Shown piece by piece: positions 51,755 through 61,964 of a DNA stretch of 64,000 bases. The DNA comes from Pirellulales bacterium (GTDB taxonomy: Bacteria; Planctomycetota; Planctomycetia; Pirellulales; PALSA-1355). Numbering within the stretch: the first letter of the stretch is position 1; every line of letters begins with the position of its first letter. The translations under genes were made by a program, and so were the position numbers. Under the pieces are notes generated by a model that saw nothing but the letters and a program-made list of their open reading frames with translations, was not told the origin of the DNA and made no database searches. The stretch is taken from NCBI GenBank assembly GCA_963733035.1, contig CAVTBU010000005.1:960001-1024000 (forward strand), in the 5' to 3' direction.

Positions 51755-51818
51755 AATCGCTCCGTACGGACTTCGTAGTCAAATCTGGAGGTGGCGAACT
51801 TTTTTGCCGCCGGGTGCC

Positions 51819-52861
51819 ATGCTTCGCTGGGCCTTGATTACGTTTACCTGTTGCCTGTCTCTTGGGGCTCACGGCGGCTGGGCCAGTTGGCGGCTCCTGT
51901 GCTCGTGCCCAGCAAGGTCAACGCGGCACGGTTGCGATGGCTGCAATACAAACTCGTCGCCGGACGAGTCATGGCCAACAGCTCGTACCCGGCTGGCATG
52001 AACATTTCGTTCGGCCCGTCCGTGATCGACGGCCGATTTCGCGAACATTTGCAGCTGCTCATTCTCAAGGACCAAGCCAGCATCAATTACGAGTTGTCGG
52101 GCGACGGCGAGGAACTGGCGATCGAATTATCCGAGACGGGCGCGTTTGCCATTCGTCGAACGCGTGCCAATCCGGCTTTTGCCCTTGAGTACTTGCAGCC
52201 TCCGGACCATCCGGTGACGCTTTTCGTGACGGCCGACGACGAAGAGCGAGCTATCGCGGGCGACAGCTTCTGGCACGTTTACTTGGCCGAGCCGGACCTC
52301 GTGCGAAACGAACTCGTTCCGTACTTGGAATTGCTACGCCCCTCGTGGCAGTTGGCCGCCACTGGTGCGGCGATTGAAGATGCATTGATTCAGCAGGCGC
52401 AACATCCTCATGCGATCGACACCGAGCGGTGGCAGGCGCTCGTTGCGCAACTTGGTAGCGATCGCTTTGCCGACCGAGAGAGTAGCGAGCGCGAACTATA
52501 TCGCGTCGGCCAGCTAATACTGCCCTATCTAGAGGACCTCGATCCGAAGTCGCTTGACGCTGAGCAGGCTGCTCGAGTTGGAAAACTGATCAAGAAGCTT
52601 TCGGTCGATTATGAAGATGCGACTGACCGAATTGCCAACTGGTTGGCGGGCGACCGTCAAGTATGGCTGTCGTTGCTCGATCGTGACGAACCCGTCAAAC
52701 GCCGTGTCGCAGCGCAGCAACTCGCATTGTTAGTGGGCAGACCGATCGAATTTGATCCAGAAGCCGACGCTGCCACCAGGCGCGACCAATTCGCAAAACT
52801 TCGTCAGCGCTTTGGTACGACCCGACCACCGGCAAAGGTGACAGAGCGGGCCGGACGCTAG
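51819..52861 (+). CDS. Secreted hypothetical protein; probable frameshift near 51881
   Basis: A signal peptide (MLRWALITFTCCLSLGAHGGW) lies in the frame neighbouring the long ORF 51791-52861. The C-terminus has a HEAT-like L.sd.f..Re motif. Confidence 0.65.
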
Positions 52862-54581
52862 TCCCACCACCAGGCATCAAGCGGCAGCTCGCCGCTGGCC
52901 CAACTTAACCGCTCGGTAGCCAAGCGGCCTTGCGGGTCGCTCTGGATCGCGGCTGACCGAACGTACTTCCACGGTTCGGCACGCACGCCGCCGCTGACTC
53001 CCACGACGAGATGTTTGCCGCCAATGCGCCGATGGTTGATGACCGATTCGACACTCTGAGGCGCAGGCCCTAATGCAACCTGGTACTGTTTCGGGTCGCC
53101 AAAGCAGGTCATATGCCAGCCGACACGTTCAGCAAGGCCCTCTTGTCGCACAAGGGCGGCCACAAGCGCCAAATCAAATACGTTCTGCAGATCGGCATAA
53201 ACAGGATATATCGCCGCCAACTCGGCGAAGTGCTGTGTGAAGCGATTCGAGAATTCTTGATTCGTTACATTCGACTTCCCGGTATGGATACGCCGTCCCA
53301 GTTGGGTGAGAAATTCATTTTCGCTGAGAACTTGCACGCCTTGGCCGCGAATTTCAAACCCGTCACGGTTTGTCGTCGGCGCAGGGCATCATACTTTAGC
53401 GTGAACCACCACCGCAGCACGTCGAGCGGCGGCGGTGTTGCGCCCGGCCTAACCCGAATCAGTTCCAGATAGCTTGGCACGTCGACCGTTCCCCGCTCCA
53501 ATCCCATGCCGACCAGCTTCATGTGGTAGTCCGCCTTGACAAGCACGCGAGCCACGCGGGTACGAGGATCGATCCCTTCGACGGAAATGGCTTGACGGCC
53601 CATACAATTGCGCAGCTTGTCGAGCCAGCTCGTTCGCTGGCTAGGATTTAACGGAGCAGCGCTGGATTGTTCCGCGAATCGCCGCGTGCGAGCCAACCCC
53701 TCTTGTGTCGGATTGATCGAGCAGGCGAAAGCCGCATGCGGATCGGCCATTTGTTGCCGCAACAGCACGACCAGATCGTCAAGTTGAAGCACAGGCCGGC
53801 CCGTGTGGCGACTCACTTGTCGGCCCTCGGCGTCGGTTTGCCACGAACCGGCCGGACCGGCAAGGACGAGATCGCCGGTTTCAGGATATACGAGCACATA
53901 CTGGATCTTCTCTAGCCCAGCGAGATTTCGCATCTCGTCGTTCGGTTGCCGTCCCGAAGCCAGCGCAAGCTGCACGTGCTTTTCCAACCGCGTGACAGAA
54001 ACTTTCCGTAGTGGACTGCAAAGGCGTGAATCGACGTTCGCGTCTTTGTTCAGCGAGGCCAATCGTGCGATGGCCAACCCCCGCGCTTTCCGCACGGCCA
54101 GCTTTTGTCGCAAGACGCCCTGGGGATCGACGTACACGCCGTTTTGGAACTGGGAGATCGTGCCCGGACCGCCGACGTCATCCCAGGTTTGTGGTCGCAC
54201 GGTCGTCGTAATCAAGTCAATGAGCGCACCGAAGTTCGCTTGTGATCCGCCACCTGTGCCTCGCCCACCGAGGACACGAATTGCTTCGCTGCGCGACAAA
54301 TCGCTCTCGACCGCCGCAAGCGTATGGAAGGCCGCGTCTTGACCACCGGCACTGGCTTGGGCTTGAGCCAGTCTGCCTAACAGAGCGTCACGCTGTGATG
54401 CGTCCGAAACGGCTCTGGCAGCCGCCAATGCGGGTGCAAATTCGCCGGCGGCCAACTGAGCCTCAAAACCGTCCGGGTCGAGCAGCTCGCCGCTTGAGGC
54501 GGTCGTGATCCCAACAGCAAGAATGGCTAGGCCGCATCCGAAGACGACAAGCCCGCGCGTGGACATCGTAGGCGCTCTCAT
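52858..54581 (-). CDS. DUF1598 family protein, frameshifted near 53380
   Basis: LRKVS..RLE, LAGL.kI.YV.vYPE.gDlVlAGPA, CSI.P, ADY.MK.vG and RWWF; the second frame continues V..LSE.E...L.N.fDLA...SGGV. Confidence 0.85.
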
Positions 54582-54676
54582 GAGAAGGACTCCCTGTTCC
54601 GGCGGAAAGGCGAATCGCAGCGCGCGACGACCTTTAAGCTCGCACAACAGTAACCGGAAGTCAAGAAAACGCCACG

Positions 54677-54718
54677 AAAAACGAACGGCCCGCCCAAGTC
54701 GTGCTCAGGCGGGCCGTT
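54677..54718 (-). terminator. Rho-independent terminator after the Cys-rich gene
   Basis: AACGGCCCGCC / GGCGGGCCGTT stem, with an A-tract at 54677-54681 (U-tract on the minus strand). Confidence 0.75.
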
Positions 54719-54774
54719 GTGTTTCTACTGTCAAGGAGACCGCTCAAATGTTCGCGGGTGCTCCGCTGTGGCAA

Positions 54775-55257
54775 TTAGCCACCGCAACCGCAGGACGGTT
54801 CGCAAACCGGGGCACAGCAGCTGGGCTCACAGCACGGCGTGCAGCAGCTCTTGCGGCAGCAGTGACGGTGGAACAGGTGGCAGCGGTGACGGCAGCACTT
54901 CGGAGCGCAGCACGAAGGCGCGGCACAGCACGAAGGTTCTGGCGCACAGCATGTCGGTTCCGGCGCACAACAAGTGGGCTCACAGCACGACGTGCAGCAG
55001 CTCTTGCGGCAGCAATGACGGTGGAACAGGCGGCAGCGGTGACGGCAGCACTTCGGAGCGCAGCACGAGGGCGCCGCACAGCACGAAGGTTCTGGCGCAC
55101 AGCATGCCGGCTCACACACCGGAGCGCAACACGACGGCTCGGGGGCACAACACGACGGCTCACAACAGCCGCCAAACAGGCGGGCTTCCGCTTGCGAAGC
55201 GGAAAGCACAAACAGACCGGCCAACAGCAGGGCCGGCAACACGATCCGGGATTTCAT
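54775..55257 (-). CDS. Secreted ultra-Cys-rich (CCxP) repeat protein
   Basis: AGGAG RBS, 25-aa signal peptide ending AEA, 44 Cys in 135 mature aa, CCAPEPS repeats, downstream terminator. Confidence 0.88.
   Translation of the reverse strand: MKSRIVLPALLLAGLFVLSASQAEARLFGGCCEPSCCAPEPSCCAPVCEPACCAPEPSCCAAPSCCAPKCCRHRCRLFHRHCCRKSCCTSCCEPTCCAPEPTCCAPEPSCCAAPSCCAPKCCRHRCHLFHRHCCRKSCCTPCCEPSCCAPVCEPSCGCGG
54842..55105. repeat. Internal direct repeat of about 110 bp, period 153 bp (51 codons)
   Basis: 54842-54952 and 54995-55105 are nearly identical. Confidence 0.9.
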
Positions 55258-55408
55258 GGACGGAACTCCTAAACAGAAACTTTGGGGGATTCCACTTCTC
55301 CTTTGACCGCACAGCCAATCAGACCTCTGGCGCATTTTTATGCGAAGTATCAGGCCTGGCTGAGCAGCTACGTCTGAGGTCGTTCCCGTAGGAAAGCCTC
55401 GCTGATGG

Positions 55409-55436
55409 TTATCGTCGACGCAGTTCCGCCCTTTTA
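55409..55436 (-). promoter_or_regulatory. Candidate sigma28-like promoter of the Cys-rich gene
   Basis: TAAAA-N15-GACGATAA on the minus strand, about 150 bp upstream of ATG 55257. Confidence 0.45.
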
Positions 55437-55748
55437 GTCTGTCTATCTATTTCTCCTAAACTTCCTGGATCAGGAGTGCATGCAGACGGGATCTAGCGGT
55501 TTTGCGGCACCTCGGTTCCGTCGCTGGCCGATGTTAACCATCCACGCAGAGGGGATTTACGAAAAACCGACGCCAATACATGCGGTATCGCAGGCAAAAT
55601 CGCGCCGAGCGAACCAACCTGGCTGGGCAGCAACTAGGCCGGCGCACTTTCAAATTCCCAGTTATGACCTAGAGTTAGCTGGAGCTTTGATAGGCCGCGT
55701 TCGGCGAGCTTTGGAGTTGCCGGTACCGCATCCGGCACTGGGGCGGAA

Positions 55749-56081
55749 ATGTCGCAGATTCGCACGCAACTTCCGACGATTCACTCGTCTCTTGCAGCGG
55801 ACCCCGTGTTGGCAGAACTCGTCGCTGAATTCGTCACCGAGATTCCCGGACGGTTGGCACGGTTGCGACGCCACCTCGAATCGGAAGATTGGGACTCGCT
55901 CCGACGCTCGGCGCATCAACTGCGAGGAGCGGCCGGGAGCTATGGTTTTGACCCGATTACTCCGCTCGCTGCGGAAGTCGAAACACTTGTCTGCCAGTGC
56001 GCAAGTCGCAAACAGGTGGCCTCAGCCACGCACCTCCTGATAGCGCACTGCCAACGGATGAGTGCCGATACCGCTCGGTAG
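55749..56081 (+). CDS. Stand-alone Hpt (histidine phosphotransfer) protein
   Basis: AHQLRGAAGSYGF motif. Confidence 0.9.
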   Translation: MSQIRTQLPTIHSSLAADPVLAELVAEFVTEIPGRLARLRRHLESEDWDSLRRSAHQLRGAAGSYGFDPITPLAAEVETLVCQCASRKQVASATHLLIAHCQRMSADTAR

Positions 56082-56092
56082 ACGTGGCGCCG

Positions 56093-57490
56093 CTACCTTT
56101 GCTCACGGTCGGCAGCCATCGACAGGGCGACTAAGTAGGGCACCGGTTCACTGCCGAGCGCGTTTAAAACGGTCCCACCTGCCGTAAAGACGTGGGTAAC
56201 GTCCGCGGGCTTGCCGTACCGTTCGAGAGCTGCGCCACCTTCGCCACCGCCAACATAGACTTCCACGCCCGCATCGTGGAGGCGTTTGAGTTGGCTGATG
56301 AAGTGTTTGGTGCCCTCGGCAAACTGAGGATCTTCGAACTTGCCGAACACGCCGTTGTAAAACGCCACAGTACGGCGGCCCTTGTGCCTATCGATGAATT
56401 CACCGACCTTCGTCGCAAATAGTTTGCTCGTCATTGGACCAACGTCGAGTTGTTGGTCTTTGGGCCCGATCGTTTCGCCAACTTGGCCATTCTGCAGAAC
56501 GAAGTCTACCGGCAAGACAAATTCAATCCCTTTTTCACGGCCTTCGGAAATCATCCGCCGAGCTTGTTCAATTCTCTCTGCCGGAATGAAGTAAGGCTTG
56601 TCTGCGTGCGTCGGATCTTCGGCGACACCCATCGAGAATTGTTTTCGATCAAGTTCTGCTGAAGCCTTTTTGAGCGCCATGGCCAACGAACCCGCGGTGA
56701 ACACCATTTTCACTTTGCCGCGCCCGATCATGGCCTCGAGATCGTCAAGCTTGTCGGTCTTCAGGCCACTAAAGATCACGAGCTCCGTGTCGAGGCATCG
56801 CAGCATTGGCCCATCGAATTCCTTGGCCACATAGGCACCAAGGGCCACACGATCCATCGCGGCTGGCACGATGATGGTGGACGTATCGAGGCTTCCGGCC
56901 GACAAGGCTTCGTTAACGTAGACCTTTGCCACGTTGTCCGCCATTTGCTTGGCAAAACGGGCAAGGGGTCCGGCGAGATTTGCAAGGTCGTCGGGTTCGG
57001 CCTTCCAGAGGACGCGTTCAATTTCGTATCGACGTGTGTTTTCAAGTACCAAAATGCTTCCAGGTGCCGCCGCGCGAATCGTTTCGACAACGTGATTCTT
57101 GACCGTCAGCGATGATTCGTCGAGCCAATCTTCCACTAGCGGCACGTTGCACTTGAGCAATTCGCCGATCCGCCGCGTAACGTTGGCCAACGTTTCGTCC
57201 GGCTTGCGTCCACGATGGCCGAAGATAATCTGCTTCCACCCATTCTTGCGGCCGAATTCGAGTGATTCCACCATCGAACGCAGACGGATATCGCCGTCGC
57301 CGATTTGTGACCCGGGTTTTGCATCCACGTCGCCGCGTACCAGCACGGGCGTACCGCTCTGAATCTCGCGTAGCGAGTCGAGTCGCGGAATACTCTTGAG
57401 GAAGTCAGCCAGCGATCGCATCGGACGCTGCCCGTCCACGTTTAACAGCGTTTGGCACCACTTCAGCATGAATTCGGGGGAGACGTTCAT
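56093..57490 (-). CDS. Phosphoglycerate kinase-like protein, divergent
   Basis: vLVR.D, GH.GR, LENtR, yVNea, lDvGP, NG.fG.FE, GGGE and T.GG motifs. Confidence 0.85.
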   Translation of the reverse strand: MNVSPEFMLKWCQTLLNVDGQRPMRSLADFLKSIPRLDSLREIQSGTPVLVRGDVDAKPGSQIGDGDIRLRSMVESLEFGRKNGWKQIIFGHRGRKPDETLANVTRRIGELLKCNVPLVEDWLDESSLTVKNHVVETIRAAAPGSILVLENTRRYEIERVLWKAEPDDLANLAGPLARFAKQMADNVAKVYVNEALSAGSLDTSTIIVPAAMDRVALGAYVAKEFDGPMLRCLDTELVIFSGLKTDKLDDLEAMIGRGKVKMVFTAGSLAMALKKASAELDRKQFSMGVAEDPTHADKPYFIPAERIEQARRMISEGREKGIEFVLPVDFVLQNGQVGETIGPKDQQLDVGPMTSKLFATKVGEFIDRHKGRRTVAFYNGVFGKFEDPQFAEGTKHFISQLKRLHDAGVEVYVGGGEGGAALERYGKPADVTHVFTAGGTVLNALGSEPVPYLVALSMAADREQR

Positions 57491-57545
57491 TGGGGTTCCT
57501 CTTCTTCGCGCAGATTCAAACGGCGATGGCCAAGGAGCTGCTGAA

Positions 57546-57562
57546 AGCAACTTCCTCGCCAA
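57546..57562 (-). promoter_or_regulatory. Sigma54 (-24/-12) promoter candidate upstream of the PGK-like gene
   Basis: TTGGCGAGGAAGTTGCT, with exact GG-N10-GC spacing and a TTGCT -12 box, about 55 bp upstream of ATG 57490. Confidence 0.6.
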
Positions 57563-57677
57563 TTCCACTGGTTGGCGGGCGACCCATTCTATGAGCTCGC
57601 CTGATAATCGCCCCGCCGAGCGGCCACTCAATGTACAGAAGTGACCGTTGCCTCGCCATGGCCGATAGGGGGAGATG

Positions 57678-59051
57678 CTACTTGGGCGGGACGGCACGAC
57701 CAGCGATTTCCGAATCGTTCGGAGCCTCGTGGGCATCGACGAGTACTTCCGTTAACCGACGCTCGAACTCCTTCTTTTCGGCTTCGTACGCGTCCAGTTC
57801 CGCCTGAGCGAGGTTTTCTCCGGCCAGCAGTTTGTCGAGCTTAGCTGGTAGCGTCTGGGGCAGCTGGGGATCGTAGCCGATGTGATAGTCTTGCACCGTG
57901 CCGTCACGTCCGAGGACGACGGTCGTTGGCAACCCTTGCAAGGCAAATACGCGATCCGTGAGCTGTTCTTGGTCGCGTGCTATCGGGATCGTCAGGTTGT
58001 GGTTTTTGAAGGCCTCCTCCACTTTCGCATTGCTGAGTGCCAGATCGTCTTTGCTGACAGCGAGAAACGCGATTTGGTCATTGTCTTTGTATTGCTGATA
58101 GACCTGTTCCAGCAGCGGTAGACCTTCAAAGCACCAACCGCACCAGGTTGCCCACAGGTCGAGCACAACGACCTTGCCAGCCAGCGATTCCCTGCCCAAG
58201 GCTGTTCCGTCGAGCGTGACGAATGTAAATTTGTCGACCGGCTTGGCCAACAAGGCCGGCGGTGCCGGTGGCGGTGGCATGACAAACTGTTTGACAAGTT
58301 TCACGTCCTCGGGCACTTCCATCTCGAATGCCACTGGATTGATCGACTCATTGACCGCAGCGCCGCGAAACTCAGCCCACAGCCGCGCCAGCGGGAATTG
58401 TTTGCGGATCTCGTCCAGCGGAAATTCGTATTTCACCAGCAGCCCGCTTTGTTGTTCGATCCAGAGCTCACTTTTGCCGGCGGGACCTTCCAATGCGATG
58501 CGCCAGCACTTCTTCCCTTGAAACTCCGAATCAGAAAGTTGCCGCGGCGTGCACTCGCTTGTGAGCGTTTCGAGCGGTTGGTCGCCAGACAGCAACAACA
58601 ATTGCGGTAAGTCGACCCCGAGCTGGCCGTGCATGGCCTTGTCGAGCATTTCGTCGGACATCAGTTCCGAGGCCGTCAATTCCGCGGGACATTTTCGCAC
58701 AAGTACCTGACCGGGGAGCGATTGGACCACGCTGTGAATCCATTCGCCATCGGACACGCTCGTCGTGTCAAGTGCGTGAATTCGCAGACGGTTTGGTCGC
58801 TCCAGCGACACCGAAAATGGTAGGGAGCGGAATTCACCCTCGGGCGCGCCATCGACAAGAAACCGCAATTCGCCTGCATCTTGATAACTGGCGGCCTTGC
58901 GATAGCGCTCCGCCAGCGTGGCCAGACGTTCGCGAGGACTGCGCTGCCTACCAACCTCCCTTTGCTGCGACGTCGAGTCTCGGCCGCATCCTAGGAGAAA
59001 CAACACGACAATGGCCGTGAACGCCATCCCGTAGGTAGTCGTAATCTTCAT
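57678..59051 (-). CDS. Lipoprotein with LolA-like N-domain and TlpA/redoxin C-domain
   Basis: Lipobox LLGC, RPNrlri, W.e....Ll.K, WATWCGWC and lPT.vv...dG. Confidence 0.88.
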   Translation of the reverse strand: MKITTTYGMAFTAIVVLFLLGCGRDSTSQQREVGRQRSPRERLATLAERYRKAASYQDAGELRFLVDGAPEGEFRSLPFSVSLERPNRLRIHALDTTSVSDGEWIHSVVQSLPGQVLVRKCPAELTASELMSDEMLDKAMHGQLGVDLPQLLLLSGDQPLETLTSECTPRQLSDSEFQGKKCWRIALEGPAGKSELWIEQQSGLLVKYEFPLDEIRKQFPLARLWAEFRGAAVNESINPVAFEMEVPEDVKLVKQFVMPPPPAPPALLAKPVDKFTFVTLDGTALGRESLAGKVVVLDLWATWCGWCFEGLPLLEQVYQQYKDNDQIAFLAVSKDDLALSNAKVEEAFKNHNLTIPIARDQEQLTDRVFALQGLPTTVVLGRDGTVQDYHIGYDPQLPQTLPAKLDKLLAGENLAQAELDAYEAEKKEFERRLTEVLVDAHEAPNDSEIAGRAVPPK

Positions 59052-59191
59052 CTCGCTAGCATCCTTGCATGGAGTTGACGACCGTGTGGGCGGTGTCTGC
59101 AGTACGTGAAAACTGTCGCAGGCGACGATTATTCGCAACTTCGCCGGCTACGTAAAGCTCGACTTCTTGACCGCTTGCAAAGGCCCTCCCT

Positions 59192-60493
59192 ATGATGCCA
59201 GCAGGTCGGAAATTGGATCTCCTCGCTTTGTCGATGGCCGCAATGATTGAACTCACTTACGGTACCGGCTCGAAAATCGAACTTGAGCTCGAAAACGATG
59301 CTCTGGTGACGGTTTGCGACGCGCCGCGTGGACGACCACTGAACGACGTGGCAACCGAATTGCAGGCTGCTTTGAACACTCCACGTGATTTTCCAGCCCT
59401 TTCACAGGCTGCCGTGCCCGGCGATCGGGTGGTGCTAGCACTCGATGACAGCGTGCCCCAGGCGGCGACATGCGTAGCCCAAACAATTGCCGTACTGCTC
59501 GAGGCTGGCGTGCGGGCGAGTGAGATCACAATTCTCACTACGGCCGGGCGCGCTTCCACGGCCGAAACATTGGCCGCGCTACCTGCCGAAATTCACGGGG
59601 CCGTCAAAACACAAGTCCACAACCCAAGAGATCGCGAACGGTTGAGTTATCTTGCCTCCGCGACCGATGCCAGTCCGATCTACATCAACCGGGCAATTCA
59701 TGATGCCGACCTGGTCGTTTCAATTGGTGCTCTGCATCTACCTCATACGTTGGGCTACCACGGGATCTACTCCGGAATCTTTCCTGCGTTCTCCGACAGC
59801 CGCACCATAGCTCGCTTTCGTTCACCGAAGGCCACCCGCGCTGAGGAACAGGACCGCCTACGTGAGCAAGCCAACGAAGTCGGTTGGCTGCTAGGAGCGA
59901 GGTTTACCATTCAGGTCATTCCCGGAGCGCGTGATCATGTGCTCCACGTCTTGGCCGGCGATCAGGACGCCGTCCTTGCCGCCGGTGGAGAACTTTGCAG
60001 AGCGGCTTGGAGCTTTGAGGTGCCTAACCGAGTCGGACTCGTGGTGGCTGCGATTGAGGGCGACGTTTCACAACAAACCTGGGAGAACGTCGGTCGTGCC
60101 TTGGGCGCTGCGGAACGCGTGCTCGACGAAGGCGGCGACGTTGTCATTTGCAGCCGGCTGAATCAACCGCTCGGTCCGGGACTTGAACGCCTCATCGGTG
60201 CCGACGATCTAAACGTGGCATTGCGTGAGATCGCTCGGGAACAACCCATCGACGGACTCCCGGCGGCACAACTCGGCCATGCTCTCGAACGAGGTCGGGT
60301 CTACTTGTTGAGCGACCTGCGCGACGAGCGGATGGAAGAATTGGGTATTTATCCGCTCGATGCTGAACACGTTTCACGCGTCGCGAGCCGTTACAGTTCG
60401 TGCATCGTCCTGGCTAATGCGCAATACGCTCAGGCCTGGCCTCGTGCCGAGTCGTTACCTGACAAACCTCGACCACGCAAATCGCGAATATGA
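59192..60493 (+). CDS. Lactate racemase (LarA/DUF2088) domain protein, divergent
   Basis: aL..P...paL, H.p.d...l.yl, iyiNr...dAD.vv.ig and gG.vv motifs. Confidence 0.75.
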   Translation: MMPAGRKLDLLALSMAAMIELTYGTGSKIELELENDALVTVCDAPRGRPLNDVATELQAALNTPRDFPALSQAAVPGDRVVLALDDSVPQAATCVAQTIAVLLEAGVRASEITILTTAGRASTAETLAALPAEIHGAVKTQVHNPRDRERLSYLASATDASPIYINRAIHDADLVVSIGALHLPHTLGYHGIYSGIFPAFSDSRTIARFRSPKATRAEEQDRLREQANEVGWLLGARFTIQVIPGARDHVLHVLAGDQDAVLAAGGELCRAAWSFEVPNRVGLVVAAIEGDVSQQTWENVGRALGAAERVLDEGGDVVICSRLNQPLGPGLERLIGADDLNVALREIAREQPIDGLPAAQLGHALERGRVYLLSDLRDERMEELGIYPLDAEHVSRVASRYSSCIVLANAQYAQAWPRAESLPDKPRPRKSRI

Positions 60494-61476
60494 CCACTGC
60501 GCCTGCTAGCCAACCGGCCTGGCTATCTGACTATCAAGCTCTAACCCAAAGCGTCGGGTTTGTGCCGCTTGGCCGCACACAAATCGAACTGTCCGGCAAG
60601 GATCGCGGCGCGTTTCTGCATAATCTCTGCACGAACGAAATCAAGAAGTTGGTCGTTGGGTCCGGCTGCGAAGCGTTCATCACGTCGGTGCAGGGCAAGA
60701 CACTCGGTCACGTCTTAGTATTCGCCGAGCCAGACTCGCTAATACTCGACACCGTCGGCGGACAAAGCGAAACACTGCTGAAACACTTGGATCACTATCT
60801 GGTTTGTGAGAATGTCGTTCTAGCAGATCGTACCGAGGACTGGTTCGAATTGTTGTTGTCCGGCCCGAACGCTGAACCGATACTGTCGGAGCAGTGGCAC
60901 GTCGCGCTACCGACCTCGCGGCTGGCTCACGTTTCAATCAATGTCGATCGCCGGCCGATTCACATTCGCCGTATCGACATGACAGCCGGCGGAGGTTTTC
61001 TGATAAGTGTTGCCCAAAACGATTCTGACTGGCTCAAATTGCAACTCAAGGAGGCCGGCGCAATCGAATGTGCAACTGCCGCATTTGAGGCAGCTCGCAT
61101 TGAACACGGAACGCCACTTTTCGGCCATGACATTAGCGACAAGAACCTTCCCCAGGAGTTGGCACGCGACGATCAAGCGATCAGCTTCGTAAAGGGATGC
61201 TATTTGGGTCAGGAAACCGTCGCGCGCATCGACGCACTCGGACACGTCAATCGATTGCTGGTCGGCATCCGCTTCGCGGGAAAACGGATCCCAGAAGTCG
61301 GTGCTGAGTTGCGGGTGGGAGACCAGGTAGTGGGCGAGATCACTTCAGCGACTTATAGCCCACGATTGTCCGCACCCCTGGGATTGGGCTTTGTACGCCA
61401 GGCGCACGCGCGCCCTGCGACACGGCTGGCGTCGATGAACGGCGACGCGGAAATAATCGCGCTGCCGGTCGGTTAG
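60490..61476 (+). CDS. ygfZ: Folate-binding YgfZ/GcvT family protein
   Basis: G.D...FL.nl.Tn and ISFVKGCYLGQETVARI. Confidence 0.9.
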   Translation: MTTAPASQPAWLSDYQALTQSVGFVPLGRTQIELSGKDRGAFLHNLCTNEIKKLVVGSGCEAFITSVQGKTLGHVLVFAEPDSLILDTVGGQSETLLKHLDHYLVCENVVLADRTEDWFELLLSGPNAEPILSEQWHVALPTSRLAHVSINVDRRPIHIRRIDMTAGGGFLISVAQNDSDWLKLQLKEAGAIECATAAFEAARIEHGTPLFGHDISDKNLPQELARDDQAISFVKGCYLGQETVARIDALGHVNRLLVGIRFAGKRIPEVGAELRVGDQVVGEITSATYSPRLSAPLGLGFVRQAHARPATRLASMNGDAEIIALPVG

Positions 61477-61961
61477 TTGGACCGCGGCGAGGCGGCGATG
61501 GTAGTCGTTGCCGCGTGTGTCGTTAACCACTCACCGACTCTGCCGAGCACATTGGCGGTTTTCGGAAATTGGGAGGCACAACAGTACGACTTTTTCGAAA
61601 GCGAATCAGCAAGGCATTGAAGGTACTCTTGCATTTCAGCTAGAAATGCCCGCGCAGCTTCATCGCTGAGCGCCTGACTGATGAGCAGTACGTCCGCGGT
61701 GTGGCGTTCACGTCGCAGCGAGATGAGCTCTCCGGCCCTGGCCTTGTAGAGCAAGCCATCAACGTAAGCTCGACGTAACTTGCCATTCGAGGTGAACTGG
61801 TAGACTCGATCCGGGGTCACGTACACTGAGAAGCTCCCCTCGCGACGAAAGCCCACGACGGTCTCTTCGTCACGGCCCGGCAAACGCACACTGGCCCGCT
61901 CGACCAGCGAGGTGGCTTCGGCCATCAGATCTTCACGGTCTTCTTCTTGTCGGGCCATCAC
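61473..61961 (-). CDS. Hypothetical protein
   Basis: 162-aa ORF, MAR.EeDREDL..EA..l.eR...vyQF...g.LRRA. Confidence 0.75.
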   Translation of the reverse strand: MMARQEEDREDLMAEATSLVERASVRLPGRDEETVVGFRREGSFSVYVTPDRVYQFTSNGKLRRAYVDGLLYKARAGELISLRRERHTADVLLISQALSDEAARAFLAEMQEYLQCLADSLSKKSYCCASQFPKTANVLGRVGEWLTTHAATTTIAASPRSN

Positions 61962-61964
61962 AGG

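Noticed and set aside
54505..55391. Alternative ORFs over the Cys-rich repeat (Ala/Arg-rich and Ser/Gly-rich frames), and the repeat as a CRISPR array
   Set aside because: Only the Cys-rich frame has an RBS, signal peptide and terminator. The repeats are in-frame coding units without unique spacers, and no cas genes are present.
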